DNA of 47,057 nucleotides, taken from positions 62,001-109,057 of the forward strand of contig MU271201.1 in the NCBI GenBank assembly GCA_021432655.1, written 5' to 3'. Shown here one piece after another: positions 23,104-36,437 of the stretch (positions are counted from its first letter, which is position 1; each line of letters starts with the position of its first letter). This DNA comes from Atractiella rhizophila. Lineage: Eukaryota. The notes beneath the pieces were generated by a model that did no database searches, was not told the DNA's origin, and was given only the letters and a program-made list of their open reading frames with translations. The position numbers and the translations under genes are program-made.

Positions 23104-23337
23104 ATCCCAGCTCGTACGACGTCCGAGCTTTTTGTACCAGTAGCATGATGAATTGACAATGTCGATTGTATTCACTCTAAATGACCTGATATCTTGCCTC
23201 GAGTAGAGTAGGCAAAAAAGGAAAAGATGACGGTAGCCATCTAAGAGCCGGTACTCAGTGAGTAACGTGCGAGCGCAGTTTACTTCATTGAGACTGGCAT
23301 ACTTTCTCGAAACAGCGTTTGTCAAAAAACAAAAAAA

Positions 23338-23417
23338 GGGGAGAGCCGGGATTTGAACCCGGGGCCTCTCGCAAGTCGTTATCCGAAGCGAGAATCATAC
23401 GACTAGACCACACTCCC
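23338..23417 (-). tRNA. tRNA-Pro(CGG) with an 8-nt intron
   Basis: GGGAGTGTGGTCTAGTCGTATGATTCTCGCTTCGGA-taacgact-TGCGAGAGGCCCCGGGTTCAAATCCCGGCTCTCCCC folds as a cloverleaf with a GGTTCAAATCC B-box and a downstream T-run terminator. Confidence 0.88.
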
Positions 23418-23734
23418 TGAACTATTCAGCACAAGTACTCAGTACCAATATCAACAGGTTTTCTAGAAATGTGACTGCACAGGAACCAACAATTAATCTC
23501 AATCTCACTCAATAGCCAAACCTCCCTTCGACCAGTCCAAATATTTCTACAACATAAAGACGATGATAATTCATTGCTGCATCTTGTTGAATCTAGAGAC
23601 ATCGTGACAACTTCTGCGACACTTCACATCATTCGAAAAAAAACGGGCGGGTTGAGACGAGACGAGAAAATCATCAGACAGGGTGTACAGAGACCTACTT
23701 TTGCAATTGAAAACATGTTTCTCCTTCATTTTGA

Positions 23735-26128
23735 TCAGATATCAGTTGCCCCAACTCCACCAGATGCAGTGTCGGTAGCAGGATCATTTGGTCGATAGTA
23801 AACGGTGGTGTAATACTGTTCAACGATGTCANNNNNNNNNNNNNNNNNNNNNNNNNNNNNNNNNNNNNNNNNNNNNNNNNNNNNNNNNNNNNNNNNNNNN
23901 NNNNNNNNNNNNNNNNNNNNNNNNNNNNNNNNNNNNNNNNNNNNNNNNNNNNNNNNNNNNNNNNNNNNNNNNNNNNNNNNNNNNNNNNNNNNNNNNNNNN
24001 NNNNNNNNNNNNNNNNNNNNNNNNNNNNNNNNNNNNNNNNNNNNNNNNNNNNNNNNNNNNNNNNNNNNNNNNNNNNNNNNNNNNNNNNNNNNNNNNNNNN
24101 NNNNNNNNNNNNNNNNNNNNNNNNNNNNNNNNNNNNNNNNNNNNNNNNNNNNNNNNNNNNNNNNNNNNNNNNNNNNNNNNNNNNNNNNNNNNNNNNNNNN
24201 NNNNNNNNNNNNNNNNNNNNNNNNNNNNNNNNNNNNNNNNNNNNNNNNNNNNNNNNNNNNNNNNNNNNNNNNNNNNNNNNNNNNNNNNNNNNNNNNNNNN
24301 NNNNNNNNNNNNNNNNNNNNNNNNNNNNNNNNNNNNNNNNNNNNNNNNNNNNNNNNNNNNNNNNNNNNNNNNNNNNNNNNNNNNNNNNNNNNNNNNNNNN
24401 NNNNNNNNNNNNNNNNNNNNNNNNNNNNNNNNNNNNNNNNNNNNNNNNNNNNNNNNNNNNNNNNNNNNNNNNNNNNNNNNNNNNNNNNNNNNNNNNNNNN
24501 NNNNNNNNNNNNNNNNNNNNNNNNNNNNNNNNNNNNNNNNNNNNNNNNNNNNNNNNNNNNNNNNNNNNNNNNNNNNNNNNNNNNNNNNNNNNNNNNNNNN
24601 NTGCAGGACAGTGGAGACGCACGAGTGATTTTTCCTCAATTCGATTTTCGTCTTCCATCCTTTCGCAAAACTACCCGTAACGTAAACTTTCCCCTTTTCA
24701 GCCTCCTTAGCCTCCACTTCATTTCCTTTAGCCTTCTCGCTCTCCCCTCCGCCATCCTTCCAGACAATCATGGTAGTTATTCCGTCAGGACCAGCTCCCA
24801 AGTCGACGGTATGGTCCGCAATAATGGCAGCCTGAGTTGGACTAGCAACGGTAGCGAGCGGAAAGAGCGGTGGCGACGCTATCGGCGATGGCGAGAAGAG
24901 GAGCAGTTTGTGGATACCTACTTGTTGGAATGGGGCTTTGGAGGGTGGCATGTGGTACCGCGGGGAGTGGATCGTCCGGAGGGAGAGGAACGGTTGAAAG
25001 AGCTTGAATGACGTCGGTGTGCGTGATATCGAGTCCTTTAACATCTATCTTGTCGTCAACAATGGGCTCCTCTAGCGTAGCTTTCACTGCTTCCTCTCTG
25101 GCGCGCTCACTCTCTTGAGCTACTTCCAGCTCCAGCCCCTCGCCACCTTTTCCACCAAGCAAAACCACTTTGCCCAACTCCCGAAGTTCAAGAGGAGGAA
25201 CGGCCTTTGCGATCACAGTTTCTTCAGGGAGATGGTTGAGTGGGATGGTCGGCGTTCCTTTGTCCACATGTTCTAGCGTCATCGGGGTTGAGGGGAGGGG
25301 AAACGGGGTGAGGAGAGGAGGCGAGCTGGGCATCACGATAGAGATAGAGGTATTAGGAGTTGACGGAGGAGGTAGGGCAGGAGGCAGAGAAAGACCGATT
25401 GGAAGGGAATCAACGAGCAGTCTTGCGCTTTCCTGGTCATCCATCGCACCAAGAGGGATGTTACCAAGTCCTTTCAGTGGAGTGGAGGGGTTTGAGGATG
25501 GTTGGAGCACATTTATCGTGCTCTTCAATGGTCGAATCGAAGAAGTTAGTGCTTCCTCCTCGAGTTCTCCGTCCTTTCTCGCTGCTGACAGATCGTCTGC
25601 AATCTCTGCGTCTTCATTCGGCTTCCTCTCGCTGAACTGTTCTGGAACCACAGGAGCTACGACGGGCGTGAGATCGCTCTCTGAGGCTAGTTGGAAGGTT
25701 GGAATCCGAGGAGAGAGCGGGCTGAGAGGTTTGGGGGACAACGTGGGCTTCGTGGGTGAAGGAGTAGTAGGTCCAGATTCTCTGCCCATGATAGGATTTC
25801 TCCAACCTCTGTCATCTTTCTCCTTCCCTTCTGCTTTAGAAGTTTTCCCCTTCTTGCTCAAGCTCGCATACACCCCATCGCCTTCGAACCTCCGACTACT
25901 CTTACCGACAGCCGACACGCCCGTCACTCCTTGTTTCGGAAGGCTTGGGGAAATGGGGATCACTGGTGACCCTTGATTACTTGAGGCGCCCTGAGCGGAA
26001 GGATCGAAGTCGAGCGCAAGCTTGGAACGACGTGACGAAGTTGATCGAGTGGCCGAAGAATCGTCATAAGGTCCACCCAAGCCGGGAGCATGGCCGTTCT
26101 TCTTCTCCTTCGACGGATTGTTCCCCAT
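23735..26128 (-). CDS. AMPK/Snf1 kinase beta subunit (Sip2/Gal83-like); central part lies in a gap
   Basis: Myristoylation-type start MGNNPSK, long Pro/Ser-rich linker, CBM48 start IVWKDGG...VYVTGSFAKGWKTKIELRK, and a last exon YYTTVYYRP (ASC-domain end). A frame change near 24880 may be a 43-nt GTAGGT..TAG intron or an indel. Confidence 0.85.
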
Positions 26129-26644
26129 TTCCCCAGGTACCTGCTCTCAACTAAGAGAAATGAGGGTGTTAGTGCTTCTTCTCAGATTGTGGGACCGAAA
26201 TCTCAAAGGGTTCAACGAACAAGTCTGTCAGCTAACCTCTTGGAAACGGTACACAGCCTTGCAGGTATATTGAATGTCTAAGCTGAGAACAAGAGAATAG
26301 GATCAGGAGAAATTTAGACACCTCGTTAAGCAAATTGAAGTCTCGACAGCAGGTGCTTTCCGGTAAGTCGCACAACCCAACCACGAATTCATTTGCAAGC
26401 GGGAAGGACGCACCAATTAGATAAATCAAACTCTCTCAGTATGTTGTATGTTGCACACCTCCAGCGGCAGCTCACAGATCCTAATGATCCCAACTCCCCA
26501 ACAGATCGCTTTCAGAAGCTGAGCCAGAACTGACAATGATCGAACGTGGAGTTGAGTCATCTCGTTTCACAGAAAACTCAAATACTACCACACAATAAAT
26601 TCTAGTCCATTCGTATTACATGAATCCAATAAATCGCGAGTACA

Positions 26645-29600
26645 TTAGAACATAGGGAAAGGATTCCAGTTTGCAGTTTGCGCTCCATTCTGGTACGCAC
26701 CAATTGCCGGAGTCGGTACACCCATAATATCGCTCCACGAACTGGTTTGGTTATTTGGGTTTTGATTGGCAGGCAAAAGGCCCTTCGCAGGTCGTCAACA
26801 TCGTAGAAGTCACAGAAGAACGTAAGTGGAACTTACAAGACTTTGGAGGAGCGCCAGATTTTGTTCGCTCAATTGCTGCTGAGAGTTTCCAGCTGTGTTG
26901 AATTGGGACTGTTGTGAAATATCGTTTTGTTTCGATATCCGTCGTGGCACAGCTCCCATACTGCTTGAGGGGGAACTGGATTTATTTACGCGGGTGTTCT
27001 GTTCGTCGCGATCCTGGACATCGATCGCCAGCTCTCTAACGACTTCCTGGAAGCTTTTCACAGATTTCCCATCAGCCTTCGCGTCCATTCGACGCCTAAT
27101 CGGTCATACAGTCAACTCGCTTCACAAAATATAAGGTGAACACTTGCCGAGCTGCAACAGCAAGATGCTCCAACAAATCCGCGCTCCGTCTCACAACTGG
27201 TAAAGCGGAACCAGAAGGAGGACACCCTGAAGCTTTGTAATTTGTTAGGCTCTCGTCCAGTGCCCGCAACTGGTCCTCGATTTCTGAAGCCGGCGCGCCA
27301 GTGTCAATCATATGAAAGGTGTCTTGATAAAGAGTCATCAAGGCCGTCAACAACTGGTGGTGGGTGAACCATAGATAACGGACTGGGCTCTCGCGAAATT
27401 CTGAATGAGAAGCAACGATGACCCTTGCGCACCTACAAAGGAACTGTTAGGAAAGTATAGATGAAGAATTAATAAAGAAATTTGCTTTAGTGCCGCCTAG
27501 ATAAACATGGTGAAATTCAGGTTGCAGAAGCTACAACAAGAAAACAGCGAACCTTGGTGGAATAGGCAAATAAAGGCTCATTGTATCCTCGTTGCATAAA
27601 CGGCCGATGCAGGCGTAGGATCTTAGCTTCGTTAGTTAAAACTTGTTCTGTTTCTGGGACAATTGTTCATACCCTATGATTAACAGCTAATCGCCTGGTT
27701 AACCAAAAATATATCCTAAATGCACAAAAAGCATACCTCCATTAAGCAGATTTCTCTGCCAGCCAACCTCAGGCTTCTTCGTCTCCAGCTCCTTATTAGG
27801 TATGGTCATGCATTCAGGCAGAGTGTCAATCGCGTCTCTAAATCCTTTATCGAGTCGCACAACTGGTCGCAAAGTTAGAGACAATGTCGCTTCAAGGTCA
27901 CGTACTCGTTTCGTAACCCAAGAACTCATCCTTGGCCTGCACTTCTTGCATGTGATGCAAGTGACGCATGATCTTCGAGCGGAAGATATCGATGGTGGCA
28001 TCTGTGTACGTATGCACTGGCTAAGAACCAATGAGACGCTGTGACTGAACAGTTTGCAGGACAGACCTTTGGAGTGTTGATACTGTCTGGCGAGAGGTCG
28101 TCGTCGTCCAAATTAATTGGCAAATCTGTTGAAAAGTATCTTGGATCTATCATGAACGAAGTCGAATATTGCATATGATCCAAGGTGACCTTTTGGACCA
28201 CAAGAATTAACGCTTCCGCCAAATCTCTCCAAGAGAATGCAAATGCTCACGAGACAGTTCCAACATCGTTTCGCCATTTCTCTAGCAAGTGTGTTTACCC
28301 CGATTGGATATGCAGGGTCGGGTGGAGGCATCATATGCGGGTCATCTCCCAGGTCATGTAGTCCAAGGGTTTGAGCTATCTCGGGAATGAGAACATTGTG
28401 CAAGAGGGTGGGATAAATGACCGCACCTATTCGAATGCCAGATGAAAGCCAAATGAGATATCGGTGGCCATCCCTTCATCATCACGAATAAGCTTTTCAC
28501 AGAGTTGTGGAAGGTAAAAGGTACCTTTTCACGCCTCTGTCATTTTGGAGATACGGACCCTGTGTAGGGGAATCGACTCCATCAATGAGTATTAACATCT
28601 CTTAGAGACAAGAGCTTACATAAAGCAGAATTACTTGGATGGCCCTTATTCGCGGTACGCCCGTGTAATCCCCTAGGCGCATCAGTCTTTGAGAAGCGTT
28701 GAACCTAGGCAACAAAGGGCCACCCTTTTCTCAATTGATTCTAAATCGAAGTGGCTGAATACACACCAGATTTTCGGATACAGCTTTACTTCTTCCGGAT
28801 TCTGCTCCCCAAAAATATCCGGCACTTTCGCCCACAAAACGTGAGCGTCGAGAGGAAGACACAATATCTGCTCCCCAAAAATTAGACACCTTTAAACCAA
28901 CGAGGCATCATCAAACGGAGAGGATATGTACAGACCATGCATAACATTGCCAGCCAAAGCGGATCCACATTTTTCAACACTTCTACCTCCCGCCCCCTCC
29001 CGTCCCTCATAGTGTTCCAAAAAACCTCATACTCCTCCAAAAATGTATTCTTGTGCATCGGCTGCAATGATTTTATCAAACACAAGTGCAGGCGGGACTC
29101 AAAAGTTTGCAAACACACCTTGAGATACCAATGCAGTATCCTGAAGTACTCGAGAACAAGCCAATTGCATGCTTCCCTCTTAGGTACAACATTCCAAAAC
29201 GAGCTCAAAATCTCGTCTACCTGTTCGGCTTCGCTCCGAAGAGGGTCAATGTCGGTAATCTCGAATTCATGGTCGGGCGGCAGGAAGATGGTGCTCTTCT
29301 GAACAGGCACATTTGGATTTGATGTTAGGGAAGGACTTGTGGCGGGGCGGAAGACTGTCATAGGGCTTTGGGGATGCGGCGATGAACGAAGTGCGGAGGA
29401 AAGCATGAGTTCTTCGACGTCTATTGACCCTTGTCGCCTCCCTCCTCCTGCCGCATTAACCCCAGATGAAGAAGATTGGGTTTGTGCCTGAGCAGGCCGA
29501 CGGATGTTAGTCGCCGGGAAGAACTTGGTTTTGTACTCGGCTGCTGTTGTTGACTGGGGATAATTCGCGCTGAAAGAGTTCAGGATCGGTGCTGGGAGGC

Positions 29601-30297
29601 GAGAGAAAAGCTTTAATCATCCACAATCACTTTTCGTCATCACCGATTGAGCAAAGGTGGCGCGCACATCTTCAAGTCTGTTGACACGGGCAACAACATC
29701 AAGGTGGTCCATCTGTAGTGCGAAGGGTTGCCTTTCCAGAAGGGAGCATGTCAACATTTTGCAGCACCGTTATGCAGGATGGCAGCGAGGCGGAAATGAA
29801 TTACGCACGGAGAGGCTACCGCTCCATCATCCCATTGGCAGAGATGCATGACCCCTCTTTTCACACAGCTTTCGCACTGTAATTACCCAATTCAAGTCAA
29901 CGGTACAGTCTCCAATGATACTACGAGGAAGAGGAAGAAGACGAGACGAACAGGACTTTTCCGGTCACACTTCACGACATATTCAAAGTCAGCTCTCCAT
30001 AGAAACTGAAGATGAAGGGACAAACTTTGATCTTCCTACGCTTGCATTCCGTACTGCCATCCTCTTCGTCAGTAAAAGGTGCTTGAAAGCATATAAGAAC
30101 CAAAATACGACTCACCAGGACAGAGCTGGGCGTGCCCGTTTCTTCTTTCTGTGGTCATCATCTCCACCTTGCGTTTCTGCATCGTTCCTCTGTCTCAACT
30201 GGGGATTGTCACTACCGCCAGCACCAGAGGCGGAAACAAGGCCAGCGGATTGGCTGAGGTCGTCATTGCTTTGATTGCCGCCCAAATTATACTCCAT
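26645..30297 (-). CDS. Zn(II)2Cys6 transcription factor with fungal-specific TF domain (paralog A)
   Basis: DDHRKKKRARPALS(C), Cys cluster split over micro-exons (..CESCVKRGHASLCQW), HKNTFLEEYEVFW, IAQTLGLHDLGDD, REMAKRCW and LPINLDDDDL. The 3' end is approximate. Confidence 0.85.
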
Positions 30298-30495
30298 CGC
30301 TTAGATTTGGCTTGCTGCCGGGACTTGCCAGTGGACGTTGACGGAGGGTGGATGTAGGCGGCTTCTCAGAATAACATTAACATTCGGGTGAATAACCCTG
30401 AGAGGCACAAGGTTCGGATCTTTGTAATGTTGGTTCCCCGAAAGTGACCACTTTTTGTTTTGGAAGTCAACCTACAAGTATCATTGGCAGCAGTC

Positions 30496-33400
30496 ATGGA
30501 TGAATCACAAGAAGAATACGTCGAAGAATATGATGCGGAGAACGACATCGAAGATTCACATCTCCCAGCCCACCCGTCTCCCAATCATCCCGGTCAGCCA
30601 GGCGGCAGCAAGAAGAGAAAGGAAGCTCCATCGACTGTTAACGAGGAGCACGACGACCATCGGAAGAAGAAGCGCATACGAGCTCAACTTTCTTGGTGCG
30701 CTTGTTGTTTTCGTTCGTCAACGAATGCTGATTTCAATGGCTTTGTCACTCGGAAAGCGCGGAATGCAAAAGACGCAAAATCAAATGCGATAGAAAGTTC
30801 CCTGTTTGTATTCCTCCATCTGCCGACCTTTATTTCTGTCGACGTAGTGAGATTATGCTTTGTGACTGAACTCTGTGTCTCGGATATGGACAGTGCGCGA
30901 GCTGCTTGAAAAGAGGCATAGGTGACAGCTGTCACTGGGAGAAAGGCTCTGGAGCAGTTGCGTGAGTCTTCCCGAATCTTCTCCCTTTAGTTTGTTTTGC
31001 GAGCCGAAGGCTGTTTAAGATAAAAAAAGAGCTTTCGTATGCCGGTCCAGGGTCCTTTCCTAGGCATCTCTGTTCATATTTCTTCTTCTCGACTTTGTTT
31101 CCTACTTCGACATTTTCCACTTCGCTAGCTGGAACTTGGATCTGCAGTGCTTTTAGTGGATTTTTTTTTTTGTAAACTTGGTCCCAGTTTATCGTGGTTC
31201 TTATGTTCACCAAGCTTTTTCCTTATTTTACAACATAATAATTTATCACAGAGACCAGGTTACGTTTGGCACTACTGCTATTGTCCCTGCTTACATTGTC
31301 TCCATTATATTTTCAGTAACATCTGAATTTGATTGACGATTTTACAATAATTTTCGTTTTCATTTAAAGGCTATGGTTTTTGAGCGCCTTCTGCCCCTTT
31401 TCATCAAGCTGTTAATCTGACAGTACCTGTAGTCAACCATTTGCTCTCCGGCAAGACCACATGATTTCCCAGATTCGTCTGGCACGGCTCGAAGATGTTC
31501 GTCCTTCCTTTCTCGGTCTAACCTACAGACTCAATCCTCTCCCCTTTCAGCTCTTCGCTAAGCTTCCGCGTTCTATCCTCGATTCGCTGCCCGATCCGTA
31601 CCACCGCACCTCGAGCGACATCAAAAGTCGACTTTTCCCCCTTCTCACCTCTGCTGATCCTCCTAGTCTGGATGGAAGAGCTGACGACGCGGAACCCAGG
31701 GGAATGCCTGATTCGCTTTTTACAGTCAATACTGCCCAAGGAGAGTACAACCTGGATGTCGAAGACTTGATCCGTCTCCCACCTTCCAAGTCAGGGAACA
31801 ATTCAGTGAGCACGGTCACAAGCGGAGCGCTCCGTCTACCTCTGACTACAACTTCGAATGGGAGCGCAACCAAAGATCAATGTCGAGTGGAGGGATCTAC
31901 ATCCCATCTTCGGATCCTCCGAGCGTCCCTCAGAATCAGCTTTCTCCTTCTCCCTCTCGCGCAAACAGCACCATCTTCCTCGATCCTTCTTGTGAACCAA
32001 TTGAAATGCAAGATTTGAACCCATTTGAGTCCGCTCAGGAGCAAGGTGATCGGATATTGCGAGAGTTGTGGAAAAATTTACCAGAGCAAAGAAGCGTGTG
32101 ATTGGTGTGTCCAAGAGTTCTTCGAAAAGCTCCATTGGTACATCAAGGTTAGCACGTCGCGTCCTATGCTAATATCTGATTATGGACGTTTGTTTCCTGT
32201 AGGGTGTCCACAGAGCCACATTCATGCAAGAATACCAGACTTTTTGGAATGTCATCCACACGGGTGGTCCTGGAAGTGCTGGATCCGGCCAAGAGCTAGA
32301 AGTGTTGAGAAGCATTGATCCTCTCTGGCTGGCTGTTTTCAGCATGGTTCACCTGTCCCTGCTCTTGTCCTTGCTCACGCACTGATACAAACTTTGTAGG
32401 TGCTTTGCATACCTTTGGACGCCGCCCTTCTCTCTGGCAAAACGCCGAAGGCGTTTGAGCACTATGCCCAAGGTTATACGAAGCTAATGCCCAAGTTTTT
32501 GTTAGAATTATCCTTGCTCTTTGCTTTCATACCGATTAATTAGGTTCTTTCTGTAGGTTTGGAATGTCCAAAAAGTGCCTGAGGTTGGGGGATTGGACTG
32601 GGCTGCCTCGCATACGAACGATTCAAGTTTGTTGATCGCTCTTCCCTGATCTAGATCTAACTAGGAGTCATAGTGCATTCTTCTTTTCGTACAGTTTTAT
32701 TCAACATGTTGAAGCTCTTTTATGCTCATGAAGCGTTAGGTACCGTACCTCCAAAAAGGTGGCGGTCTAAAAAAGTGCGTGCCTCCCCAGGTCTTCAAAT
32801 GGAAGTGCAGAAACGGCTGACAGCATTGCAGATCAGAAGGACGGTACGTTCTTCCTGAGTTGGCATACAATGGTTTGTCAATATTCACTCTAACGGTCCA
32901 TCCCCCAAAACTGATGATATTGCTTAGTCCTAGTACTTGACTTTGCGGCGAACAAGGTTCGAAGTTTGGATGGCAGCCGGAATTCGCATAGGTCCTTTTG
33001 TATTTGCATCCATTACTCACAATCTGACATGTTTGTGGTACAACAGCTCAACTTCTCGGGCTTCACGACCTTGGGGATGACCCTCGAAAGATGCCTCCCC
33101 CAGACCTTGCTATTCCTAAAGGCGTCAACTCTCTCGCTCGCGAGATCGGAAAGCTCTGTTGGATCGGTCTGGTCACCTACGACTACATGTATGCCCAGCT
33201 CATATTCTTGTCCCCTTCTCAATCAGCCACGCTGGCAGGCAAATTGATCCAGTTGCTCAATACGTGGTCGACCCTTCCCTAGGTAACTTCTCCTTTAGGA
33301 GATTAGAAAATAGCAGTAACGCAGATATTAGCGAATACCGATATACAAATGAATGTGGATGAGGATGATCTGTCTTCTACTGGTCTCAATGCTTCAAAAG

Positions 33401-34917
33401 TGGGAAGCTTTCACAGCAATGACGACCATGCTTACCTTGGGCTAGCCGGCCTACGTCTTCACGGACGCGACTCTAGGTCGTTATCGATATCAGATGGCTA
33501 TTCATTTGCAGAAGATGTTCTACGCTGTGAAGCATAACACCGAGCTCAACTACGATCGTAGTGCGTTATTTTATTCCTCTTCTCCACTGTTCGCGTGACT
33601 AATTCGAAATAGTGCTCGAATTTGACAAAGGCTTCAAGGAGATCAGAGATTCCTTGCCAGAGTGCCTGATCAACGCTAATGTCGAGCTCGAAAAGAAAAG
33701 ACCTGTTCTTATGTGGACTCGAAATATTATAGCTCAGTGTACGTCATGTCTTACCCAATTGTAGCATTGACTTTAGTTTCACAACAGCGATATACTATCG
33801 GGTAGGTTTAAGATGTTTTGAAGGTAGAATCTAAACGGCTCCAAGGTCATGCGGCTTCACAGAGGTTGCCTACAACGAGGCTAGTGCGCTTCCCAAGTCC
33901 ACTGCATCCCTCACGCATCTAATCACTTTCGGCGACAGTCCACTTCATCACTACTCTACAGAGGTTCGTCCGATAGTCTACGCTGTCAAGGAGCGATGCT
34001 GATAGACTATTTTTCTCAGAGCGCTTTGAGGCAAGTAATTCCTCCTCCACCAGTCGATTCAAACGGTTAAACATCACTTTTGAACCACAGAGCGGCTCGA
34101 ATTATTCTCGATGCGCAGCAACAGCTCCGTGAAAGTCCCGTGGAGTATCTCTGGTGGACACAACGCATCTATCTTAGTGCTTTAATGGTCTTGTTTGAAG
34201 ACGTAGGCTTCCTCCCCTGAATGATAATTTACTCATAGCGTCGTAGCTCTTTCACAAAATAGACACTGGGGCTCAGAGAGGCGATATTGAGACTGATCTT
34301 CGTTATGTATTGGATACGCTGCCAATCACTACTAGCACCTCTTTGCAGCCATCAGTAACTTTGATTCGCCGAAGCATCGCGCTGGCTCAATGTTTAGAGC
34401 AAGTTGCGAGGTATGTTCTATCCTTAGGTTTAAGGACCTGTGCTGAGGTGTTGAACTCTAGAGCGAGAATGGCAAACGCGACCAGCGATCGACGACCGTT
34501 TTCTGAGATCCTGAAATCGATTGCAGCGACCATTCAGCAGGAAGATGAACAACCTTCACCCCAAAGCAGAGCCCCCGATGCCATCCAACCTTTTACTTCT
34601 ACCGCCAGTTCGAACTTCCCCTCGTCAGACACATCAGCCAACATGACGCCTTCGGCCACATTGATGAATCCGTTGACGAATGAGGAGTTCCTCAGCATGC
34701 TCGTGCGTACCTACTTCACGTCATTTTCTCTGAAAACTCGTATTCTCAGGGCTTGAACCTATCCATGCCCAATTCGACCTCGTTAGGACCTGGATCATGG
34801 TCAACTCAAGCTCTTCTCAATGGTGGGAGCTTGGAAGGATCGACTGGAGCTGGAGAAAGCTGGTCCTCGCTATTTGACTGGCAAGCACCTGAAAGGGGTG
34901 CATCTGGAAGCTTCTGA
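30496..34917 (+). CDS. Zn(II)2Cys6 transcription factor with fungal-specific TF domain (paralog B); apparent frameshifts
   Basis: DDHRKKKRIRAQLS(C)..ECKRRKIKCDR..CASCLKRGIGDSCHW, HRATFMQEYQTFW, IDPLWLAVF, AQLLGLHDLGDDP, REIGKLCW and MNVDEDDL, colinear with paralog A. Extra base near 32084 (WKNLP-g-SKEACDW). Confidence 0.8.
30962..31432 (+). other. 471-nt structured, AT-rich intron in Zn2Cys6 paralog B
   Basis: GTGAGT donor, TCTGAC branch and TAG acceptor. The same-position intron in paralog A (29732-29808) is only 77 nt. Confidence 0.75.
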
Positions 34918-36437
34918 CCCAATACTGTTGCTGTACTTCTTAACTCTTCCAACTTGAAGCTCATATTTATACTGTGGCAGATATGTGCTTGTGCTACTAT
35001 GATAGGAAATGATGGCCTTGCATTCAATGTCAGTTACGGAATGGGATACTGCGAGTTGACACGTTGACTAGTGTGAAGGGCAAATCCAGGAAGACAATAA
35101 GTGCGGCAAGGGCCAAAGGGACGAAGAAGCGTCCTGCAGAGCTAGCGACCGATTCCACTTCCCACCAACTTCGCAGGGTACAGGGATGAAACGAACGTAA
35201 GGGAAGTCCTCTCTTGAAAAGGTAGAGCAGGGGTATGAACTAATAAAATTGTGTGGATGATTTGAGGTTCGCTTTGCTGTGAGGATAGGAGAAAAGATGA
35301 GGGGACAGAACGGTGACTGAACGTATATTGTGTGAGAATGACATCAGAACCCAGACTACGACCAGAAGAGAAACAATGATGGATCGAGACAGATGCGATT
35401 TTGACGATCATTAAAGGATGAACTAAGTAATAGGGGGAGGGGATTGGATCTTGGTCCAGATCAAGCTGGGACCAAGAGACTGAAAGCAGTCCTTGAAGAT
35501 GAATCACGACAAAGTTGGATTCGTTGCGAGGAAACAGAAAAAGACGATAATAGACCGAGAAAGGGGGGTTCCATCGACTCGCCAAAGGGGGACAGAAGGG
35601 CGTGCAGGCCATTCATCTTGCGTGCATTCGATCCTGCTAGAGTCGACGCTGCCGAAGGCGATAAACCTAGATACGAGGATTTGGGGGTTGTGGGTTCCGC
35701 GATCCATCATTGACCGGGGTATAGTGATACTGTAGTCCAAAATGACCTCTCCACGAGAAGTTTCGGTTGACTTCATACGGTCCCCGACAAAATGGGCGAC
35801 CTGAAATTTATCCATCCACTTTTCGTACAGAGAGGCCTTCGTTTCGATTATCCATCCGACAGAGCGAAGACATGAGTAAGGAGAGGGGAGGGTTGGCATA
35901 ATCGAACGAATCTGAAGTCCAACGAAAGACGATTTCGAGAATATACGATGGATGAAAGGAAGATTGGCACATCATAGAGCAAGAACCGGAGAGGAGACGT
36001 ATAGAAAGAGCTCGTTGCGTAGTCGTAACGTTGCAGGTCGTGCGTAGCGTCGTCTTCCTCTCGTCTCGTCAAGCCAACCAATTTCATCCAAAAGGATCTC
36101 GAAACCATCCTTCGGGCCGGACCTGATCTATAACCGCCAATGAACTGGTCCAAACTCTACTTCCCTCTCCTCCATAGTAAAATTCACCTCCGGACCAGCT
36201 CTTATCTGAGCACCACCACCTAAACAGGAATCAAGGCCCTCCTCAAATTCACTCCAACTCTTGAAATCAACACCTTCCGACCGATTCCATGTGGTGCTTT
36301 GTCGTCAAGTGTCGTTAAAGTGAAAGAAGAGGGGAGGGATTATATGCGTCGATGAAAAGTAACGTAGGGGGAGGGATAAATCGAGCAAACGAGGGAAAAA
36401 ATTCGGCTTATCGTCCGTCCGTCCACAATCGTCAGAC

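Noticed and set aside
21075..25044. Long ORFs containing X runs
   Set aside because: Artefacts of translating through the N gaps.
25170..25976. 268-aa plus-strand ORF and similar antisense ORFs over PMT1, ICL1 and CK1
   Set aside because: Shadows of real genes on the opposite strand.
35000..36430. Several 80-156 aa ORFs downstream of CK1
   Set aside because: No motifs or splice-supported structure; more consistent with a long 3' UTR or intergenic DNA.
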